A DNA stretch of 32,000 nucleotides from NCBI GenBank assembly GCA_900546055.1, contig URBG01000003.1, positions 27,146-59,145 of the forward strand, given 5' to 3'. The translations under genes and the position numbers were made by a program. The notes beneath the pieces were generated by a model. The model made no database searches, was not told the DNA's origin, and was given only the letters and a program-made list of their open reading frames with translations. Of this stretch, positions 18,741 through 24,462 are shown piece after piece. The stretch comes from an uncultured Mycoplasmatota bacterium. GTDB lineage: Bacteria > Bacillota_I > Bacilli_A > RF39 > UBA660. How positions within the stretch are numbered: the stretch's first letter is position 1; every line of letters begins with the position of its first letter.

Positions 18741-18817
18741 TGCGCGCGTCGTTGATAATAATGGATATAACAATAGGAAATAATCCAACAAACGCAATGG
18801 TGGCGCTCGCCCAGATT
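18741..18817 (+). repeat. DGR template repeat (TR)
   Basis: Non-coding, with a TAA in the VR register. Aligns without gaps to 20343-20419, and all 13 differences fall at TR adenines. Confidence 0.9.
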
Positions 18818-19034
18818 CACTTTTGAAGAGGTTTTATAAAACCTAGAAAACAAGTGAGTGAAACGTATTTTAAGTAAAATATGTCAGTACTGTAAAGTGA
18901 AGGAATTTTCCTCTTTTCTAACCGCTAAAAGAAATCAGCGCGGTGGAAGAATCAGAATACCTACATGAGCAACGTTGGGTTTGACCTATTCTTTGCAAGT
19001 TATAGGGGGTATTCTTTTTAATTAGGGGGATACT

Positions 19035-20051
19035 ATGGATTTAAACAAAATTTTTACCTTTGAAAATTTATACGAAGCTCATAAGAAGTGTCGTCTTGCT
19101 AAACAGCACAAACGTGAAGTTATTCAGTTTGAAAGTAATTTAGCAGTTAACATAAATAAAATAATTAATGATATTAAAAATAAGACTTATAAGATTGGTA
19201 AATATCGCCGATTTTTAATATATGAGCCTAAGGAACGCCTTATTGAAGCATTGCCTTATAAGGATAGAGTTGTTATTAGGTGTTTTTGTGAACATTCAAT
19301 TAAACCTAGAATAGAAAAAAGACTGATTTATGATAATGCGGCTTGCCGAAAAAATAAAGGTACTTCTTTTGGGGAAAAGAGGCTTGCTACTTTTTTGAAA
19401 AGGGAATATGCTAAAGAAAATGATAATGAAGTTTATTTTTTAAAGTGTGATATTAGTAAATATTTTCCTAGTATAGATCATGGAATACTATTTAAGCAAC
19501 TAAAGAAAACCGGTTTTTCAAAAGATGAAATGTGGTTTATTGAAAAACTAATTAAAGAACAACCTAATGATAGTGGTGTAGGACTGCCCTTGGGTAATCA
19601 ATCTAGTCAGTGGTTTGCATTATTATATTTAAATAGAATAGATAGGTTAATTAAAGAAGAATTAAGGGTGAAATCCTATATAAGATATATGGATGATATG
19701 ATTCTGCTTAGTCGGGATAAATCTTTTTTGCGAAAGTGTCAAAAAAGAATAGAAGAGGTTTGTGCCACCGAACTTAATTTGTCTTTAAACAATAAAACAC
19801 AAGTAGGTAAGGCGTCTATAGGCATTGATTTTTTAGGCTTTAGGCATATTTTAACAACTAGTGGTAAAGTAGTTAAGAAATTACGTACATCAGCGCGTAT
19901 TCGTTTGAAACATCATTTAAAAGTTTTAGAAAAGCTTCGCAAATTTGATATTGTTGATGATGAATATGTTTATATTAGAAAAAATGCTTTTTATAATCAT
20001 ATTAAGGACACAAAAGAAAGTTTTGATTTAAAACAAAAGGCTAAACCGTAA
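19035..20051 (+). CDS. DGR-type reverse transcriptase
   Basis: 338 aa with the RT motifs PKERLIEALPYKDRVV, DNAACRKNKGTSFG, the DGR-hallmark LGNQSSQWFALLYL ([IL]GxxxSQ), the catalytic YMDD (RYMDDMILL) and IDFLGF. Confidence 0.92.
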   Translation: MDLNKIFTFENLYEAHKKCRLAKQHKREVIQFESNLAVNINKIINDIKNKTYKIGKYRRFLIYEPKERLIEALPYKDRVVIRCFCEHSIKPRIEKRLIYDNAACRKNKGTSFGEKRLATFLKREYAKENDNEVYFLKCDISKYFPSIDHGILFKQLKKTGFSKDEMWFIEKLIKEQPNDSGVGLPLGNQSSQWFALLYLNRIDRLIKEELRVKSYIRYMDDMILLSRDKSFLRKCQKRIEEVCATELNLSLNNKTQVGKASIGIDFLGFRHILTTSGKVVKKLRTSARIRLKHHLKVLEKLRKFDIVDDEYVYIRKNAFYNHIKDTKESFDLKQKAKP

Positions 20052-20063
20052 AGGCTCATAATG

Positions 20064-20100
20064 AAAATGTCGTTAATCTCTGTATTTTCGACATTTTTTT
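20064..20100 (+). terminator. Hairpin plus T-run between the RT and the target gene (terminator or attenuator)
   Basis: 9-bp stem AAAATGTCG (20064-20072) / CGACATTTT (20089-20097) with a 16-nt loop, followed by a T-run to 20100. The large loop weakens the call. Confidence 0.4.
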
Positions 20101-20124
20101 GTTATACTTTAGGCGGTGATTTAT

Positions 20125-22047
20125 ATGAGTGATTTTACTTTTTTAACAACAGGCCAAATTTTTGGCGATAATAATACAGAAAAATTAGATATATTTAAAA
20201 AACTAGGTAGTTTAAGTGCAATTACAGATTTTTCAATTTTATTAGGAGGCTATGTTAATGATGATTATCATGCCAACAGACTTAATAATTTAGCAAATCG
20301 TACTGGTTGGTGGTGGACTAAGACTTGTGATGGTGACAATGATGCGCGCGTCGTTGCTCCTACTGGCTATAACCATAGGAGATACTCCGACAGACGCGCT
20401 GGTGGCGCTCGCCCAGCTTTACCGTATTCATTAATCAAATCAATCTCCTCGAACGGAGTGAGAGGGAATGGCGTTTTAGAGGTAGAGTATGGAGAGTATC
20501 CACAAACAGCTGTAGACCGTCATTTGGCTGCTGAGTTAGAACGTGCAGTAAGTTTCGGACAATTAAATTTAACGGGTAAAAGTTATACAACGGATTCTAG
20601 AAAATATAATGAATACTCTGAACCGTTTTCTCCGCAAGAACATTTAGAATATGAATATAACGGGAGAAAATATGTAAAGGTTAAAGCTAACTCTTATTTT
20701 GAGGGTGGCGTATTTCAATTATCAACAGGTGATAAATATCGTGATGGCGATGATGTTTGGGTAGCTGTTGAACCAATAAAATGGTTGGTAGATGAGAAGG
20801 CCGATATAGCTCTTTCAAAAAACATTATTTTTGCAGGAGTACAATTTAATAGAATGAGTAATTATACGGGTAACTTTGATAAAACTGATATCAAAGCTTT
20901 TCTTGATAACCATTTTTCAAAGGATATTGTTTCTGATTTTAATTATTCAAAAATGGAAACTCCGGAGTTTTCTGTAGAGATGGCTAAGAGAAGAAATCCA
21001 TATGGTTTTAACTTTGAAAAAGTTAGCGAAGAAGAAATTATACGTGGTGCAGTGGAAAGCGATGTTCCAGTTTTTTTGCATGGGAAATCAAGCGAAGGTA
21101 AGAGTGCTCGTGTTAAACAATTAGATCCTGATTGCGAAATTATATATTTGAGAAATGCCACACCTGATTCCCTTAATGGCAAGAGTGTTTATAATGCTAA
21201 CACTGGCGAAATGATAGATATTCCGCCTGCTTGGTATAAAAAGGTATGTGAAAAATGTGAAGCGGAGCCGGATAAAATTCATGTTGTATTTTTTGACGAG
21301 TTGACTAACGCGCTTCATTCTATTCAAGGAATGGCTTTTAATATTATTTTGGATAGAGAGGTTAATGGTATTTGGAAACTTCCAGAAAACAGTCGAATAG
21401 TAGCAGCAGGTAATGATATGGATGATTCACTAGCTGCTAATGAAATGGTTGAGCCACTATTTAATCGTTTTGCTCATGTTTATATAAATACAACTGTAAA
21501 TGATTGGTTAAAGTGGGCTGTAACGCCTAAAGAGGAATATCAAAGATTGGATTATCAAAGTCCAGACTTTGAATATAAAATTCATCCATCAATATATGCG
21601 TTTATTGCATATAGAGGAGAAAGGGCACTTCGGAGTGAGTATACAGGTGATAGACCTAATGCAGATCCTAGAAAGTGGGAAATGGCCTCTAAAATGCTTT
21701 ATATGACAAATAACCCAGAGATGCTTAGAGGGTTAGTAGGTGAGGAAATAACGAGAGACTTTTGTGAATTTTGTAATCAGCAAGTTATAACCATTGAAGA
21801 TGTCATCGAAGGAAATTATAGTGGACGGGATTTTCAAATGAACACGGCAGAAAAATATGCTACCACTTTAGGATTATCTTTCGTTGATGATGAAAATCTT
21901 GGACAAGTTAGGGAGTTCGTAACAGAACTTGGACCGGAGTTTGGTGCAGTTTTTGATAGTTTATGGGCCCATGGCGATGAAACGAGGATGGAAACAATTG
22001 CTGAAATTAGAGCTTATGAATTATCTGGAGGAGGTAAGAACAAATGA
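20125..22047 (+). CDS. DGR target protein: N-terminal variable ligand-binding-type domain fused to a MoxR/AAA_5-like ATPase
   Basis: ATG 20125 follows AGGCGG, and there is no signal peptide or TM. The VR encodes aa ~76-101 of the track ORF (DARVVAPTGYNHRRYSDRRAGGARPAL, preceded by GWWWTK). The AAA+ core has Walker A GKSSEGKS, Walker B VVFFDE, sensor-1 VAAGN and LFNRF. Confidence 0.85.
   Translation: MSDFTFLTTGQIFGDNNTEKLDIFKKLGSLSAITDFSILLGGYVNDDYHANRLNNLANRTGWWWTKTCDGDNDARVVAPTGYNHRRYSDRRAGGARPALPYSLIKSISSNGVRGNGVLEVEYGEYPQTAVDRHLAAELERAVSFGQLNLTGKSYTTDSRKYNEYSEPFSPQEHLEYEYNGRKYVKVKANSYFEGGVFQLSTGDKYRDGDDVWVAVEPIKWLVDEKADIALSKNIIFAGVQFNRMSNYTGNFDKTDIKAFLDNHFSKDIVSDFNYSKMETPEFSVEMAKRRNPYGFNFEKVSEEEIIRGAVESDVPVFLHGKSSEGKSARVKQLDPDCEIIYLRNATPDSLNGKSVYNANTGEMIDIPPAWYKKVCEKCEAEPDKIHVVFFDELTNALHSIQGMAFNIILDREVNGIWKLPENSRIVAAGNDMDDSLAANEMVEPLFNRFAHVYINTTVNDWLKWAVTPKEEYQRLDYQSPDFEYKIHPSIYAFIAYRGERALRSEYTGDRPNADPRKWEMASKMLYMTNNPEMLRGLVGEEITRDFCEFCNQQVITIEDVIEGNYSGRDFQMNTAEKYATTLGLSFVDDENLGQVREFVTELGPEFGAVFDSLWAHGDETRMETIAEIRAYELSGGGKNK
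20343..20419 (+). repeat. DGR variable repeat (VR)
   Basis: Coding copy of the TR (offset +1602 nt). Differs from the TR only where the TR has A. Confidence 0.9.
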
Positions 22048-22445
22048 GTAAGGTTGAAATGATTAATATGTTAAACACTTATTTGAAAACAAATGTAGCC
22101 CCTGTTTTAATAAAGAGTTTTCCGGCTGATATTTTTATTGATGAGTCAGTTAATATTCCTGCTGATTGTGATGTTCTAGAATTGAATGGTCATTATGAGG
22201 GGGTTGATTTTTTGCCACCAGTATGGTATCAAACTGTTTTGTCTAAAGCTTCAGCAAGAAGGAATATTTTAGTGATTGAAAATATTTCATCATTATCGAA
22301 AGATGAACAAATGAAGTTTTACGAACTTCTTAAATATCGAAAAATTGGAGTATTTGAATTACCACAAAATTGTATCATCGTGCTGACGGCACAAGAGGGT
22401 AATCAAATCGCTGAAGATATTTATTCTTTAGTGGTTTCTGTTTAG
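22044..22445 (+). CDS. Hypothetical protein, apparent degenerate AAA-core paralogue lacking Walker A
   Basis: The start ATG overlaps the upstream stop (ATGA at 22044-22047). LPPVWYQTVLSKASARRNILVIENISSL...GVFELPQNCIIVLTAQ parallels IPPAWYKKVCEKCEAEPDKIHVVFFDELTNA...GIWKLPENSRIVAAGN of the upstream ATPase. Confidence 0.6.
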   Translation: MSKVEMINMLNTYLKTNVAPVLIKSFPADIFIDESVNIPADCDVLELNGHYEGVDFLPPVWYQTVLSKASARRNILVIENISSLSKDEQMKFYELLKYRKIGVFELPQNCIIVLTAQEGNQIAEDIYSLVVSV

Positions 22446-22453
22446 GTGATTAT

Positions 22454-23986
22454 ATGGATATAGATACTATTAAACGTAAAACTTTAGTCAAATACCCTTT
22501 TTTTGGGACAATATTAGCTTATACTGATTTGGTTGAGGATTATAGCATTGATACAGCTGCCACTGATGGTGAAAAAATTTATTATAATCCTAATTTTATA
22601 TTACCAAAAGATGAAAGAGAACAAATTTTTATTTTAGCCCACGAAGTATGCCATATTGCGTTTGACCATATTTTAAGAAGCGAAGGCAAAAATTCAAAAA
22701 TATGGAATTTGGCTACTGATGGTGTTATTAATGCATTTTTAAAGAATGATAACTTATCTTTACCTAAAGGTGTCGTGGATATTCCTGAGGCTTTAGGTTA
22801 TGATGCGGAAGAACTTTATGAAAAACTGTTGAAAGATAGTTCGAAAGATAATGATAATTCTAGTGGCGAGGGCCCAGAATACTCAAATTCGAATGGTAAC
22901 AGTAGTCAGAACTCTGGTCAGGAAAATTCCGAGAATAATCATGATGAAAATAATGAAGATGGTCAAGAGGTTTCAAAAACTAATGGTAGTGAAACTGGAA
23001 AAAATGGAGATTCAAGTAGCAGCATGGAACAAGAGGATGTTGGACATGATACGCATAGTCTTTGGGAAGGAGCGGTAGAAAAAAGTAAAAAGGGTTCTGG
23101 TAATCAACAGTCAGATCCTGAAAATTCTCAAGCCTCTAATGAAGGTAGTGAAAAGAAAAGTTTTTGGGATAAGCTGTTTGGAGGAAAAGATAAAAAAGAA
23201 GAAAAGACTAGCCAGGGAGAAAATAACGAAAGTAATTTAGAACAATCACAGGAAGCCAAAGAAAAAGAAGAGGAAATTAAAAAAATTTCTAAAATGGGTG
23301 AAAAAAAGGCATTTAATGAAAATAGAATTGCTAAAAAAAAGCAATTAGAAGAGCTCCGTGAAATTCTAGCAAGACAAGTTACGGCGCATGGTGATACAAC
23401 TAATTCTGATATTAGGAGTGTCGAGGATATAGGAACAGCTTCTGCTTTAATTCCTTGGCGCTATTTATTAAAGGAAGCAGTAAAGGTAGATGTTGATTGG
23501 TCATATCAAAACGCTGGAATTGAGGAAGGTGTAGTGACACCTTATTTGGAAGAATTTCCTTTGCCGGAAACGGAAATACTGCTAGATACTAGTGGATCAA
23601 TTGATACACTTTTGCTGAAAAACTTTTTACGGGAGTGTAAAAATATTTTACAAACATCAAAAGTTAAAGCAGGATGTTTTGACACGGAGTTTTATGGTTT
23701 TCAGCAAATTAGGAACGAAAACGATATTAATAATATGAAATTTGTAGGTGGTGGTGGGACTAATTTTGAGGCAGCCACTAATGCGTTTACGAGAAGAGTT
23801 GAAAATAAAATAATATTTACTGATGGAATGGCCAGGATGCCAGAGGAACCAATGGATATTATTTGGGTTGTTTTTGGTGAAGCAGAAATTCACCCTAAAG
23901 GTGGGAAGGTAATTAAGATTGATGAACGGCAATTAGAACGTTTAGCAATGGCTAATGAGGCTACAACTAGAAAAGTTGTGAGATAA
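22454..23986 (+). CDS. Putative metallopeptidase (HExxH) / VWA-like two-domain protein (DUF2201_N + DUF2201 type)
   Basis: AGGTGA RBS. The N-terminus reads YPFFGTILAY...ATDGEKIYYNP...ILAHEVCHIAFDH (HExxH). A long acidic/Ser/Asn linker follows. The C-terminus has ILLDTSGSI (MIDAS-like DxSGS) ...GGGGTNFE...IIFTDG, typical of VWA-like partners of MoxR ATPases. Confidence 0.8.
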   Translation: MDIDTIKRKTLVKYPFFGTILAYTDLVEDYSIDTAATDGEKIYYNPNFILPKDEREQIFILAHEVCHIAFDHILRSEGKNSKIWNLATDGVINAFLKNDNLSLPKGVVDIPEALGYDAEELYEKLLKDSSKDNDNSSGEGPEYSNSNGNSSQNSGQENSENNHDENNEDGQEVSKTNGSETGKNGDSSSSMEQEDVGHDTHSLWEGAVEKSKKGSGNQQSDPENSQASNEGSEKKSFWDKLFGGKDKKEEKTSQGENNESNLEQSQEAKEKEEEIKKISKMGEKKAFNENRIAKKKQLEELREILARQVTAHGDTTNSDIRSVEDIGTASALIPWRYLLKEAVKVDVDWSYQNAGIEEGVVTPYLEEFPLPETEILLDTSGSIDTLLLKNFLRECKNILQTSKVKAGCFDTEFYGFQQIRNENDINNMKFVGGGGTNFEAATNAFTRRVENKIIFTDGMARMPEEPMDIIWVVFGEAEIHPKGGKVIKIDERQLERLAMANEATTRKVVR

Positions 23987-24043
23987 AAACTTTTTATATT
24001 TAAAATACTGAAGGGTGCGTCAAAATTAATCATATTTTAGCAA

Positions 24044-24079
24044 AAAGAGAACCAAATTTAACGGTTCTCTTTGTTTTTA
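24044..24079 (+). terminator. Rho-independent terminator
   Basis: AAAGAGAACC-AAATTTAAC-GGTTCTCTTT hairpin followed by TGTTTTT. Confidence 0.6.
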
Positions 24080-24090
24080 TTGGAATAAAA

Positions 24091-24099
24091 TGGTATAAT
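24091..24099 (+). promoter_or_regulatory. Extended -10 element (TGGTATAAT)
   Basis: A TGnTATAAT match about 40 nt upstream of ATG 24141. No good -35 at proper spacing. Confidence 0.35.
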
Positions 24100-24140
24100 T
24101 TAATTAGCTAATTGCAAAAAAAGGAACTAAGGAGGTATCT

Positions 24141-24461
24141 ATGAAAAAGGCGAAAGAGGCTATTGTTAATTTTAACAAAGAACGTGACTGGGATCAATTT
24201 CATGCTCCTGAAAATTTAGCAAAGTCAATTTCTATTGAAGCAGGTGAACTATTAGAATGTTTTCAATGGAATAGTAGTTATGATAAACAGGAGGTTTGTG
24301 ATGAACTAGCAGATGTAGTTAATTATTGCATTTTATTAGCGGATAAATTGAACGTTGATTTAGAAGCCATTGTGTTATCAAAATTAGAAAAAACTAAGGA
24401 AAAGTATCCAGTTGAAAAGGCTAAATCTACTAGTGTAAAGTATACTAAGTTGGGTGATTAA
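24141..24461 (+). CDS. MazG-like nucleotide pyrophosphohydrolase (small all-alpha NTP-PPase)
   Basis: 106 aa: FNKERDWDQFHAPENLAKSISIEAGELLECFQW...ELADVVNYCILLADKLNVDLE, i.e. the EExxE/D-type MazG/dCTPase signature. AAGGAGG RBS. Confidence 0.8.
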   Translation: MKKAKEAIVNFNKERDWDQFHAPENLAKSISIEAGELLECFQWNSSYDKQEVCDELADVVNYCILLADKLNVDLEAIVLSKLEKTKEKYPVEKAKSTSVKYTKLGD

Positions 24462-24462
24462 G

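Larger units (their letters stand above)
18082..20419 (+). mobile_element. Diversity-generating retroelement cassette (avd-like, TR, RT, VR in the downstream target)
   Basis: TR/VR pair with adenine-only mismatches, plus a DGR-type RT and a four-helix-bundle-like accessory ORF. See the component features. Confidence 0.9.

Noticed and set aside
18671-18853. A 60-aa minus-strand ORF between the avd-like gene and the RT
   Set aside because: It overlaps the template repeat and the palindromic spacer, lacks an RBS, and has an implausible Cys/His/Tyr-rich composition. The region is better explained as non-coding DGR RNA.
19035-20051. The RT as a retron or group II intron reverse transcriptase
   Set aside because: There are no msr/msd-style inverted repeats and no maturase (X) or endonuclease domain; the protein is only 338 aa. 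The adenine-specific TR/VR pair and the LGNQSSQ motif instead point to a DGR.
20103-20108. TATACT as the -10 of a dedicated promoter for the DGR target gene
   Set aside because: It lies only about 3 nt from the RBS and 17 nt from the ATG, so a transcript starting after it would lack the Shine-Dalgarno sequence. No -35 is present.
20420-20480. A strong GC hairpin or cruciform immediately downstream of the VR, as in the Bordetella phage DGR
   Set aside because: Only a 4-bp CTCC/GGAG stem is present, which is too weak to call.
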